From: a virus
Taxonomy: Duplodnaviria > Caudoviricetes
DNA length: 26,406 nucleotides
Strand: one strand, 5' to 3'
IMG/VR virus record: IMGVR_UViG_3300045580_000183
Coordinates: 1 to 26,406 of that record
How positions within the stretch are numbered: the stretch's first letter is position 1; each line of letters opens with the position of its first letter. Position numbers and translations under genes: made by a program. Under the pieces are notes generated by a model. That model searched no databases. It had not been told where the DNA came from and saw only the letters and a list, made by a program, of their open reading frames with translations. Of this stretch, positions 17,281 through 25,589 are shown piece after piece.

Positions 17281-17894
17281 TGGCTGACATCAAGATAAGC
17301 GCCCTCTCGGCGCTCACTGGGGCCAACACCGCCACGGATGATCTGTATGTGGTGGTGGATTCCAACGTACCCGAGACCAAGAAGCAGACCCGCGCGGAAT
17401 TGTTCCAGAACGTGCCAGACATGGCAACGGCTGGAACTTTCGTTCACAACGAGGCGGGGGCCGACAAGGATGCCCGCTTTGAAGGTGACACTGATGCCAA
17501 TTTGCTTTTCACCGATGCCTCGACGGATCGGGTAGGTATTGGGACGGCAACGCCTGTCACAAAATTTCAAGTAAATGGCGGAATGGCAGCAAATGCTCCA
17601 GTGGTCATAACTGCTGATTATACAGTCAACGATACAACAGCCGCTGTCATAAATAATAAGACAGGTACAGCAGCAGTGATTACGCTTCCAGCGGCGGCTA
17701 ACAGCGCGGGACGTTATATCAATTTCATAAACAAGCAAGCGAGCCTTGCGATCACTTCGTCGGCTACGAACATTCTTCCTAGAACGACTGCCGTAGGCGG
17801 TACGCTCTCGACGCAGATCGTTGCATCCGGTATCGGAAACTGGTCGCTTCTTTGGTGCGATGGAACCAACTGGTACGTTGTGGCGGGTACATAA
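17280..17894 (+). CDS. Short fibre-like tail protein
   Basis: MADIKISAL N-terminus, DRVGIGT motif, ITLPAA..CDGTNWYVV tip-like domain. Confidence 0.6.
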   Translation: MADIKISALSALTGANTATDDLYVVVDSNVPETKKQTRAELFQNVPDMATAGTFVHNEAGADKDARFEGDTDANLLFTDASTDRVGIGTATPVTKFQVNGGMAANAPVVITADYTVNDTTAAVINNKTGTAAVITLPAAANSAGRYINFINKQASLAITSSATNILPRTTAVGGTLSTQIVASGIGNWSLLWCDGTNWYVVAGT

Positions 17895-18679
17895 TGACCA
17901 TTAACACCGCCAGCTATACAATCGGAACGAATGAGCCGCTCAACCACGCGCGGATTCTCTACGCGCCGATTAGCGGAACCGTGGCTGGCGATGGCACTAA
18001 TCTCGCCTATGCGCTCAATGATTACACCTCGCAGCGGTGGGCATTGGTTCCAGGTACCAACCATTGGAACCTGACCACAACGGCGGATGCCGAGATCGAT
18101 TGCGTGTTTATTGCAGCGCACAATCTGGCCGGAAAGATTGTGACGATCTCGACTAGCGCAACGGTTGGTGGAGCCTATACAACCCGCGCCACGGTATCGC
18201 CAACCGATAACACCACAATCGGCATCATCTTCAACAGTGGCGCGGCATTCCCCTATGTGATCCGCGAGCTTCGCGTATCTGTGAACGATGGGACGGACGT
18301 TGCTATCGGCGTCATTCGCGCTGGCAAGGCCCTACAGATGCCGATCCCGATCTACGGCGGGCATCGACCTTTGAACCTCAACCGCGTCACAGAGGCGCAG
18401 CAACAGTTCTCGGAGGCTGGGCAATGGCTTGGGCGCATCGTCAAGCGCCGCGCCGTCACGACAACGTATGAGTGGGAATACCTCAAGGCGTCTTGGTACG
18501 ACACCTATTTCGAGCCGTTCGCGCAGACGCTGCCGCTCAAGCCGTTCTTCATCGCTGGCAACCCCTCCAAGATTGGCTCCGATGTGGGCTTCGTCTGGAC
18601 TGACCGCGACCCGGAACCCGCCCAGATGGGCATTCGCTCTTATCGGTCTGTGTCCTTGAGCGTGACGGGGTACTACTGA
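17894..18679 (+). CDS. Distal tail (Dit-like) / tail tip protein
   Basis: TAATG coupling; IAAHNL motif; position between tape measure and hub. Confidence 0.6.
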   Translation: MTINTASYTIGTNEPLNHARILYAPISGTVAGDGTNLAYALNDYTSQRWALVPGTNHWNLTTTADAEIDCVFIAAHNLAGKIVTISTSATVGGAYTTRATVSPTDNTTIGIIFNSGAAFPYVIRELRVSVNDGTDVAIGVIRAGKALQMPIPIYGGHRPLNLNRVTEAQQQFSEAGQWLGRIVKRRAVTTTYEWEYLKASWYDTYFEPFAQTLPLKPFFIAGNPSKIGSDVGFVWTDRDPEPAQMGIRSYRSVSLSVTGYY

Positions 18680-18680
18680 C

Positions 18681-20483
18681 ATGGCGACCTTCGCCGCCAG
18701 ACCGATTGAGATTGTCGAGATCATCCAGCCCCTATGCTCTCGGGTGTTTGGTGTTGATCCTTGCTTGGCGACTGGCGATGCGTGCTGGAATACAGATGTC
18801 ACGTGCAAGTATCGCGCTGCCCTTGACCTCTCGCGTTCGATCAGTCTCCGCTTCGTGCCGGATGCCGTCTATGATTGGCAGGACAACAACATCAACCTCC
18901 TGGCCGAGAACGGCGACGTTCTGACCACGGAGGCCGATCAACCTTTCCTGATAGACTATTACTATCAGCCCGCCTTGGATATTCCGGCGCTGGCTGGGTA
19001 CAACACCGCGCCAACGGTTCTTAACGTGGCTTCTGGCTCCCGCGACAAAAGCCCGCTCGGCTATCGCGCCGTGTGTCAGGTGAGCATCAAGGACTTCCCA
19101 TGGAACGACATTGGCACCGATCCATATGTATCTACGCGCACCTATGTGCCGGATGAGATCGGCTCGTTTTGGTCGAAGTGGCTGGCGCGAAATCCCTTCC
19201 ATGTCGGTTACACGCTGAACATCTATGAGGGGTTGATTGGTCAGCCATTGAGCGCCATGACCAAGCGCGAATATGTCATTGAAAAAATCGACAGGGGTAA
19301 AGACGGCGTTTCGATCACGGCCAAGGACATTCTCCGCAAGGTCACAGACACGAACCAGACCGCGCCATATCTAAGCCGTGGCGAGTTGTCAGCAGCACTT
19401 GCTATTGGCGGCACAACTTTCACCGTTGCTGGTGCTGTCCTGTCCGACTACGAGGCGGCTGGCTATGTGCGTATCAACTCCGAGATTTTGTCGTATACCC
19501 AAGTGATCGAAACGACAGGCGGCAATCTATATTTCTCCGGTGCTGTGAGAGGTCTCGCCGGAACAACCGCCGCAGCGCACAACCAGAATGACCGCGTGCA
19601 GCGCGTGATCTACTACAACGCGCGGCCCTATAACGAAATCCTCTATGATCTCTTCGTGAACTGGGGCGGCATTCCTGCACGCTATATCGACGCCGCCGCG
19701 TGGGCTACGGAAAAAACCACGTACAGGCCGGATTACAACTTCACCACCTACATCGCAGAGCCTACCAAGATCGATGAGCTTGCCGGTGAGGTGTGCCTCC
19801 AAGCCATTGCGAACGTATGGTGGGATGAGCGCATTCAGCAGATTATCATGAAGGCAGTGAAGCCGGAACCAGCACCGACACTGCTCACGGATGAAGATGC
19901 AATCGTGGCCGGTTCTTTCGTCATCAAGGAAAAGCCGGAAGAGCGGGCGTCACAAGCCCACGTTTATTATTTGCAACGCACGCCCGTTCAGAGTGTGACG
20001 GACAAAACGAACTACACCCGCGTGGCCGTCTATATCGATGTCAACAAGCAAATCCAGTATGGCGGTGAGCCGCAGATCCGAGAGATGTTCTGCCGATTCA
20101 TCAGCACGCAAGCCATCGCCAATCGCTTAAGCCAGACCTATCTTGACCGCTTCTCCGATGTGCGAAAGGAAGTGCAGTTTGATCTATCGGCCAAGGATGC
20201 AGAGAACATCTGGACCGGCTCCGTGGTCACAATACGCCACTATCTTGACGTTGATTTCACAGGCGCACCGCGCGATGGAGAATGGCTTATCACATCGGCA
20301 GAGGTCGCCCGCAACGGGCTGACCTATCGCTTCACGGCAGAAGACAACGAGAAGGGCGGCATCCTCTGGAGTTGGCTGAACGATAGCGGCAATGATGCAA
20401 ATGGTGTTGCTCAACCATATCGTTGGCTTGATAATGACGGCAAGGATTTAAGCGGCGATCCGCAACCATATAGGTGGCTCTGA
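18681..20483 (+). CDS. Tail hub / central tail tip protein
   Basis: 600 aa; N-terminal four-Cys motif, GSFWSKWLARNP, RGLAGTTAAAH; tail-tip synteny. Confidence 0.7.
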   Translation: MATFAARPIEIVEIIQPLCSRVFGVDPCLATGDACWNTDVTCKYRAALDLSRSISLRFVPDAVYDWQDNNINLLAENGDVLTTEADQPFLIDYYYQPALDIPALAGYNTAPTVLNVASGSRDKSPLGYRAVCQVSIKDFPWNDIGTDPYVSTRTYVPDEIGSFWSKWLARNPFHVGYTLNIYEGLIGQPLSAMTKREYVIEKIDRGKDGVSITAKDILRKVTDTNQTAPYLSRGELSAALAIGGTTFTVAGAVLSDYEAAGYVRINSEILSYTQVIETTGGNLYFSGAVRGLAGTTAAAHNQNDRVQRVIYYNARPYNEILYDLFVNWGGIPARYIDAAAWATEKTTYRPDYNFTTYIAEPTKIDELAGEVCLQAIANVWWDERIQQIIMKAVKPEPAPTLLTDEDAIVAGSFVIKEKPEERASQAHVYYLQRTPVQSVTDKTNYTRVAVYIDVNKQIQYGGEPQIREMFCRFISTQAIANRLSQTYLDRFSDVRKEVQFDLSAKDAENIWTGSVVTIRHYLDVDFTGAPRDGEWLITSAEVARNGLTYRFTAEDNEKGGILWSWLNDSGNDANGVAQPYRWLDNDGKDLSGDPQPYRWL

Positions 20484-21091
20484 TGACAACTTGGACGACA
20501 ATTTCAAACGCGGCGGTAGCGGTTGGTGGCATCCCATCAAGCACAACCGTGACGGCTCTTCGAGACAATCCGGTGGCTATCGCTGAGGCTGCGACTGGTG
20601 CCCCTGTTGTACAAGCCGGATGGCATCCATACGATAAAGTTACAGTCGGTGATGGAAAGACTGGGCTGATTTATGACTTTGCAGTGAATGGTTTACAAGC
20701 AAACGTAACAACGCCTGATTTTGAAGATGGATATGAATATAGAATTATTGGGCACGTGCTTACGTCAAGCGTTAGTACCGCTGTGCGATTAAATGTTAAT
20801 GCATATTTCGAAACGGATGCAATTTACAGGAGATTAGCGTTTGGCTCAGATTCAAGTGGTATCAACTCGTTTACATGCGATGTTGTAATACCGATACCAA
20901 GAGTTCCAAAACAAGTACACATAGTTCTTGGTGACATGGCTGTAAACAATACAGTCGCAATGTCAAACGATCTTCCTTATGATGCGACAATACAAAAATT
21001 GTTGCGTGCGCGAGTAAACTTTACTTCTGGTTCCATCAATAGTGGAAAAATCTGGTTCCTTCGCCGCCGTGATTACATCTCGTTGCCTTGA
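20483..21091 (+). CDS. Putative tail fibre/spike protein
   Basis: TGATG coupling; ALRDNPVAIAE..GAP N-terminal anchor; AT-richer variable C-terminal half. Confidence 0.55.
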   Translation: MTTWTTISNAAVAVGGIPSSTTVTALRDNPVAIAEAATGAPVVQAGWHPYDKVTVGDGKTGLIYDFAVNGLQANVTTPDFEDGYEYRIIGHVLTSSVSTAVRLNVNAYFETDAIYRRLAFGSDSSGINSFTCDVVIPIPRVPKQVHIVLGDMAVNNTVAMSNDLPYDATIQKLLRARVNFTSGSINSGKIWFLRRRDYISLP

Positions 21092-21103
21092 TAGGGAAAG
21101 AAC

Positions 21104-21439
21104 ATGACACCGATCACCAAGTCTATTACCTTCAAGCGCGGCGACACGCTTTCAATGTCATGCCAACGGCTAACGGCAGCAGCATCAGCCCTTAATCTTA
21201 CCGGCTACACTATCGCAGCAAAGGTCAGAAATGGAAACTTTTCTGAATCATTGACTGTTACAGTTACCAATGCCTTACAAGGGCAGTTCACTGTTTCGCA
21301 AACAGCAACAAACACTGCGCTCTGGCCCATCTCAGATGATGACGATTCCGTAATGTATTGTGATATTCAGTTCACAAGCACGGGCGTTGAAAGCACAGAA
21401 ACGTTTAAAATCATTGTGAACGAGGACATAACGACATGA
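21104..21439 (+). CDS. BppU-N-like baseplate/adaptor protein
   Basis: ITFKRGDT, NLTGYTIAAKVR, YCDIQF, STETF. Confidence 0.55.
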   Translation: MTPITKSITFKRGDTLSMSCQRLTAAASALNLTGYTIAAKVRNGNFSESLTVTVTNALQGQFTVSQTATNTALWPISDDDDSVMYCDIQFTSTGVESTETFKIIVNEDITT

Positions 21440-21708
21440 CGATTTCGCTTGTCGTTAATAATCCATCTCAAACAATCAGTTTGGATGTAGTAGCAGAACA
21501 GTCACCGCAAAGCCTTTCCCTTGCAATGGCTGGTGCAATGTCGCTTTCTGCAATTATTGCAGATGGCAGCGTTTCAATTTCTTCTACGCTTGGATTAGGC
21601 ACGCTTTCGCTTCAACGCAGAACAGTAAGCGAATTAGAAAGGCTATTGTCTAATGAAAATGGCATGGCAATCGACTTTCTTTTGAATCAATATATGCTGA
21701 AAATCTAG
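21436..21708 (+). CDS. Putative tail fibre adaptor ending in an LLxxExGxxIDFxxN motif
   Basis: ATGA-coupled with GAGG RBS; C-terminus matches the repeats in 7785-8027. Confidence 0.55.
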   Translation: MTISLVVNNPSQTISLDVVAEQSPQSLSLAMAGAMSLSAIIADGSVSISSTLGLGTLSLQRRTVSELERLLSNENGMAIDFLLNQYMLKI

Positions 21709-21717
21709 GCGGATGAA

Positions 21718-21957
21718 ATGGACGGCGAAGGTCTTAAGATTTTGAATGTGGTGCTGCAATGGATTGTTATGCCAGTGGCCGCATTCGTGTGGATGATGTA
21801 TCGCAAGCAAAACGATCACGGCACTGCTATCGCTGTTCTACAGGCCGAAAGCCTTACCGCACGCACCGCGCATGACCGCGAGATCAAAGAGATTCGCGAG
21901 ACCACCCGCGCTATCATGAGCAAGCTGGATTCTATAGAGGAGGCTTTGCGGAAATGA
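21718..21957 (+). CDS. Single-TM plus coiled-coil protein (holin/antiholin-like)
   Basis: Hydrophobic ILNVVLQWIVMPVAAFVWMMY, then coiled coil; coupled to the endolysin. Confidence 0.55.
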   Translation: MDGEGLKILNVVLQWIVMPVAAFVWMMYRKQNDHGTAIAVLQAESLTARTAHDREIKEIRETTRAIMSKLDSIEEALRK

Positions 21958-22376
21958 AATTGAACACGGCATCCGAAAGCCGATTGCGCGGTGTTCACCC
22001 TGATCTTGTGCGAGTGGTGCGGCGTTGCGCTGACAACTGGAAAGATGCCGACACCGGCTTTATTGTTACGCAAGGGCTGCGTTCGCTTGAAGAGCAAAAG
22101 CTACTGCTTAAGAAGGGTGCAAGCAAGACATTAAAGTCTCGCCACCTCAAGGCACCTAACGGCTACGCGCACGCGGTTGATCTGGCGGTGGTTCTTAAGG
22201 GTGCCGTTACTTGGCACTGGCCATTGTATGACAAGCTAGCAAAAGCCATGAAGGCAGCGGCTAAAGCTGAGAAGGTTCCGCTTGAATGGGGCGGTGATTG
22301 GAAGTTCAAAGACGGACCACATTTTCAACTGCCGTGGAAGGAATATCCCGGCACAAAAACAGGAGCGAAGAAATGA
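21954..22376 (+). CDS. Endolysin, M15-family (L-Ala-D-Glu) peptidase
   Basis: LRGVHPDL, GLRS..EQ, SRH..HAVD, WGGDW..DGPHFQL. Confidence 0.93.
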   Translation: MKLNTASESRLRGVHPDLVRVVRRCADNWKDADTGFIVTQGLRSLEEQKLLLKKGASKTLKSRHLKAPNGYAHAVDLAVVLKGAVTWHWPLYDKLAKAMKAAAKAEKVPLEWGGDWKFKDGPHFQLPWKEYPGTKTGAKK

Positions 22377-22549
22377 CCGCACATAAAGCCGTAGCCGCTT
22401 TTCTCACCAGCCTAGTTGCGCTTGTCGCAATGTTTGGCGTATCGACAGAGTGGGCTTCGCCTAGCCTCATCGAAAGCGTTTCGGTGGTGCTTGGCGCTGT
22501 TCTTACCGCAATCGTAACGTACATGGTCCCGAATAAGCCCAAGGCATGA
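22373..22549 (+). CDS. Putative holin (2 TM, 58 aa)
   Basis: AGGAG RBS, ATGA overlap; two hydrophobic helices, ending VTYMVPNKPKA. Confidence 0.65.
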   Translation: MTAHKAVAAFLTSLVALVAMFGVSTEWASPSLIESVSVVLGAVLTAIVTYMVPNKPKA

Positions 22550-22788
22550 ACTGGCTTGAGATCATTGCCATCGTAATGGTCTTGCTAGGCGTTGGCGCGG
22601 CTGGTTTCCTCGTCGCCCAACGTCCTAGTTTCTGGGTCGGTATCAGCACCGTTGCGTTGCAAGCCGCTTTTAAGGCTATCCTTCCTCGTCTGGCCAAACG
22701 GATGACACCGGAGCAAGAGAAGGCGTACCATGATTGTGTTCGCCGTGGCGGTGAATGGGACTATCACCGAAAGCGGTGTAAGCGTTAG
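22546..22788 (+). CDS. Membrane protein of the lysis cassette
   Basis: N-terminal TM, amphipathic basic helix, C-terminal CxxxGGxWDxxxxxC. Confidence 0.6.
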   Translation: MNWLEIIAIVMVLLGVGAAGFLVAQRPSFWVGISTVALQAAFKAILPRLAKRMTPEQEKAYHDCVRRGGEWDYHRKRCKR

Positions 22789-23086
22789 GCCGGTCGTCTT
22801 TACCGGCCTTTCGCTCCTCGTAAGCAATCAAAAATGCTATACAACACGAGGCATGCCATAGGTGGCTCATGCCGGTTTCCGGGTCTGCTTTTTCGCCATT
22901 CCACCAAGCCCACATGTGACGCATTAGAGCCGCAAACGGTCGGCTCCAGGCCATGCCTTTTTCCCAATTGCGCTCTCCGTATTTACGCGCTCCGAATTGT
23001 AGCACGTTCGCCGTGGCACCGAGAAACTCCGGTGGCAGCAAGTGGTACGGCAGCTTATTGTTGTCGTCTTTTCGTCCCTCAGCCAT
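22676..23086 (-). CDS. DUF5664-like dATP/dGTP diphosphohydrolase domain protein
   Basis: GRKDDNNKLPYHLLP, VLQFGARKYGERNWEKG, ALMRH, DPETGMSHLWHA; GAGGGG RBS. Confidence 0.85.
   Translation of the reverse strand: MAEGRKDDNNKLPYHLLPPEFLGATANVLQFGARKYGERNWEKGMAWSRPFAALMRHMWAWWNGEKADPETGMSHLWHASCCIAFLIAYEERKAGKDDRPNAYTAFGDSPIHRHGEHNHGTPSLAPVSSVWPDEEG
22787..22811 (+). terminator. Candidate late-operon terminator
   Basis: AGGCCGGT-7 nt-ACCGGCCT right at the last + strand stop codon; only a short T run follows. Confidence 0.45.
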
Positions 23087-23534
23087 CGAGCCCCTCGTCA
23101 TAGTTATAAATGTGAACACCGGCTTCCATCAGCATGTCGTACGCAGCGTCGAACTCCTCTTTCGGCATGGACGTCGTACCGTCGCCAAAGCATATCTGCT
23201 GTACACCGGACTGTATAATCGCACGGGCGCAAGCGGAACAAGGCATGTGTGTAACGTACACTGTGCAAGATGCGGTCCGAATACCCTCCCTTGCCGCAAA
23301 AGCTATAAGGTTTGCCTCTGCGTGCGAAGCGTACAAATACTTTGCCGGTCGGTCGAATCGCTCTGGCTTGTCTTGTACTCCTCGCGGAGGACCGTTGTAG
23401 GCCGTCAGGCGAATCTCGCCATCGGGGCCTACAAGCACCGCACCTACTTTCGTTGTGTCCTTGCTCTTCGTGGCAGCAAGTCTAGCAAAATTCATGTAAT
23501 ATTCGTCCCAGCTCACGGACGTATCGTCACTCAT
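23079..23534 (-). CDS. dCMP deaminase
   Basis: WDEYYM, SKD..KVGAVLV, YNG, HAEAN, PCSAC zinc motifs; GGAGG RBS. Confidence 0.93.
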   Translation of the reverse strand: MSDDTSVSWDEYYMNFARLAATKSKDTTKVGAVLVGPDGEIRLTAYNGPPRGVQDKPERFDRPAKYLYASHAEANLIAFAAREGIRTASCTVYVTHMPCSACARAIIQSGVQQICFGDGTTSMPKEEFDAAYDMLMEAGVHIYNYDEGLDG

Positions 23535-23875
23535 GTGCGGCCCTCCAGCGCGGCGCGGGCGATGTCGCGCATACATTCTTCGTTTGAGATGTCCTCGTCG
23601 GTGTCGAAATCCGCGATCTCACGCAGGGCCTCGGCGAAGGCTTTCGCGTTGACCGCAATTTCACGGTTCCACGCCCGCAGCCTCTCATTCTCAGCCGCCA
23701 GCTTCGCAGCCTCAGCGCAATACTGTGTCGTGCCCTGATCACGGGCGCAGCCGCCAGCGCGCAGGCGCTCAATCTCAGCGGCGGCTTCTAGCAGCGGCTC
23801 ATGAATATTCCCTAGCATCTCGTAGTTCTCATCGGCCCTAAATCGCAGCCTCTCCACGATGTCATTCATCTGCAC
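23531..23875 (-). CDS. Hypothetical early protein (DIVERLR..AAAEIERLR type)
   Basis: GAGGAGG RBS; coiled-coil pattern common in phage early genes; coupled to the next gene. Confidence 0.7.
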   Translation of the reverse strand: MQMNDIVERLRFRADENYEMLGNIHEPLLEAAAEIERLRAGGCARDQGTTQYCAEAAKLAAENERLRAWNREIAVNAKAFAEALREIADFDTDEDISNEECMRDIARAALEGRT

Positions 23876-24120
23876 CTATACCTCCTCTTATTGTTCTTGA
23901 CGTACCACACCGCTGTTTTCGCACCGCATAACCTCGATGTCTTCTTGGGCGTGATTACGGTGATTACGTTTTGCTCTTGCGTGATCTTGAACGGATTCGC
24001 TACCGGCAAATAGACCAATTCCGCACATGGTGTCTTGTAAGCCACCGTCACTTGCGGATATTCGTCAATCGGCGATATGCACGCCGCGCCGGAGAACAGA
24101 ACAATGTCTATTAGTGTCAT
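23866..24120 (-). CDS. Hypothetical protein
   Basis: Overlap-coupled in the minus-strand gene chain; four Cys. Confidence 0.6.
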   Translation of the reverse strand: MTLIDIVLFSGAACISPIDEYPQVTVAYKTPCAELVYLPVANPFKITQEQNVITVITPKKTSRLCGAKTAVWYVKNNKRRYRCR

Positions 24121-24476
24121 GGCACATTGTCCACCTGTGCCACTTCTGCTTCTGGCTCTTTCGCCTCCAATGCCCGCTTGCGAGATGCCGGTGTGTCAAC
24201 GCTCGTCACGATCTGGCCTTGGTTGATCTGATTCACGAGGCTCAAGGCAATGCTGCCGCTCGAGGTCAGTGCGCTGTTAAAGGCATCGTGTGCCTCGCGT
24301 TCCATTGCATCGGCTTCTTCGCGCAGTGCCCGCGCCTGTCGAAGCAGGTCGTTGTAGACGGTGAGTGCGTTGTTTCGAGCATCAAAGTCCGCTAGCAACT
24401 CCGTAACGATTCTTTCGCTCTGGTCTCGCGCCGCCTTGCGCACGCTTTCAATAGCCTTGTCGATCACATTAAGCAT
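24117..24476 (-). CDS. Hypothetical coiled-coil protein
   Basis: AAGGA RBS; tiles with its neighbours. Confidence 0.7.
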   Translation of the reverse strand: MLNVIDKAIESVRKAARDQSERIVTELLADFDARNNALTVYNDLLRQARALREEADAMEREAHDAFNSALTSSGSIALSLVNQINQGQIVTSVDTPASRKRALEAKEPEAEVAQVDNVP

Positions 24477-24663
24477 CGTCTATGTTCCTTACGTGTTCCG
24501 ATTTGATTTTGGTCAGGCGAATGTCTGGCTGCTCTTCGTAGTCTGTGTAATCACGATAACGCCTATCGTCGGCCAAACCGCCCACTTTGAAGAAAGCGAT
24601 AACCAACAATGGCAACGCGCAGCTGAGAACACCTACCACATAGCCGAGCCAAAATTCGGTCAT
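24469..24663 (-). CDS. Small membrane protein
   Basis: ATGA overlap; N-terminal TM MTEFWLGYVVGVLSCALPLLVIAFF. Confidence 0.6.
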   Translation of the reverse strand: MTEFWLGYVVGVLSCALPLLVIAFFKVGGLADDRRYRDYTDYEEQPDIRLTKIKSEHVRNIDDA

Positions 24664-24872
24664 GGCCACATAACCCCTGCCATGAAGCCCAAACCTACAA
24701 CCATCGGGCCAATTATGAACCATTCGACCAGAGAAAGCTTAGGCTTGGGAACGCTTTCTCTGGTCTTTGGCTTATGGGGAACAAAAGAGTGTGAGTTAGG
24801 ACTCCAAATGGTAAAGGACTGGTCCGCAGTCCTCACGGAATCCGACATCGTGTCGGAATTGGTGCGATTCAT
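24660..24872 (-). CDS. Small protein with C-terminal TM helix
   Basis: AGGAGG RBS before ATG 24872. Confidence 0.6.
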   Translation of the reverse strand: MNRTNSDTMSDSVRTADQSFTIWSPNSHSFVPHKPKTRESVPKPKLSLVEWFIIGPMVVGLGFMAGVMWP

Positions 24873-24895
24873 GACATTTCCCTCCTGTGATAGGC

Positions 24896-25147
24896 TCAAT
24901 CGTCTATAAAGGACTCACCACAATACGAACAATTAGAAGGCACTCCACTTCTGCGCAAATCGCGCAATTCGTCCTCTGTGGCTTTGATAGTGGCGCGTGC
25001 TTCTTCCAGCTCCAACGCCAGCAAGTCGACCCTGCGTGCTAATTCGTCCTGCAGCGCCTTATCGGCTGTCTCTGCCACGCGTGCTTTTCTGAGCAATTCG
25101 TCTATGGACAGGTTCCAATAAGGCGTATATCCGAAATCGTAAGGCAT
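24896..25147 (-). CDS. Hypothetical coiled-coil protein with C-terminal CxxCG
   Basis: AGGAG RBS; helical pattern. Confidence 0.7.
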   Translation of the reverse strand: MPYDFGYTPYWNLSIDELLRKARVAETADKALQDELARRVDLLALELEEARATIKATEDELRDLRRSGVPSNCSYCGESFIDD

Positions 25148-25165
25148 TTTCCGCTCCTGTTAGTC

Positions 25166-25193
25166 GGCCACGAGGAGCTACGTCCTCGTGGCC
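25166..25193. other. 11-bp perfect hairpin in an intergenic leader
   Basis: GGCCACGAGGA-GCTACG-TCCTCGTGGCC. Confidence 0.6.
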
Positions 25194-25269
25194 TCGCCCA
25201 TGCTGGCCTCAGGAGGGTAAGACCGCAGGACTAGCCCGAATCTTAAACTCAGAGAGACCATCTGTGAAG

Positions 25270-25587
25270 TTATCCTTGCCATTCGTGTATCGCGAGCAAT
25301 GACCGTTCCAGGGTGTCGAAAACTTTGGGCTCTTCCCAAGTGTTCTGCCACCACACGGACCACGTGCCGTCCTCGAGCCAGTCGATCTCGTATTCCTTGC
25401 CGTCTGCCGTGCCGACGTACTTGGTATGGGACCGCTCTATGACAGACTCTATACGGGCTGTTCGACATATCGTCTTATTACATATTTTCAGCGCTCGCAC
25501 CAAGCCAACGTCCCGATAGAACGCTATGTGCCCAGCCTTCACATTCTTTCGAATAAGGTTCGCTGGGTTGGTGTACCGGGAAACCAT
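25270..25587 (-). CDS. Hypothetical protein (Trp-rich C-terminal half)
   Basis: Start MVSRYTNP lies 2 nt after the upstream stop; tiles in the operon. Confidence 0.55.
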   Translation of the reverse strand: MVSRYTNPANLIRKNVKAGHIAFYRDVGLVRALKICNKTICRTARIESVIERSHTKYVGTADGKEYEIDWLEDGTWSVWWQNTWEEPKVFDTLERSLLAIHEWQG

Positions 25588-25589
25588 GG

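Noticed and set aside
705-22788. Chromosomal gene transfer agent cluster
   Set aside because: No flanking host genes; it has MuF, its own lysis cassette, phage early genes and an origin-like region, unlike RcGTA-type clusters.
22676-23086. Z-genome (2-aminoadenine) pathway
   Set aside because: No PurZ, DatZ or dedicated polymerase in the window; DUF5664 alone is insufficient.
22953-24909. Plus-strand ORFs 22953-23738, 24027-24395 and 24361-24909
   Set aside because: Antisense to well-supported, coupled minus-strand genes.
25148-25269. HDV-like ribozyme or tRNA
   Set aside because: A hairpin followed by CTAA and a P2-like pairing is present, but I could not build P1, P3 or P1.1, and there is no cloverleaf.
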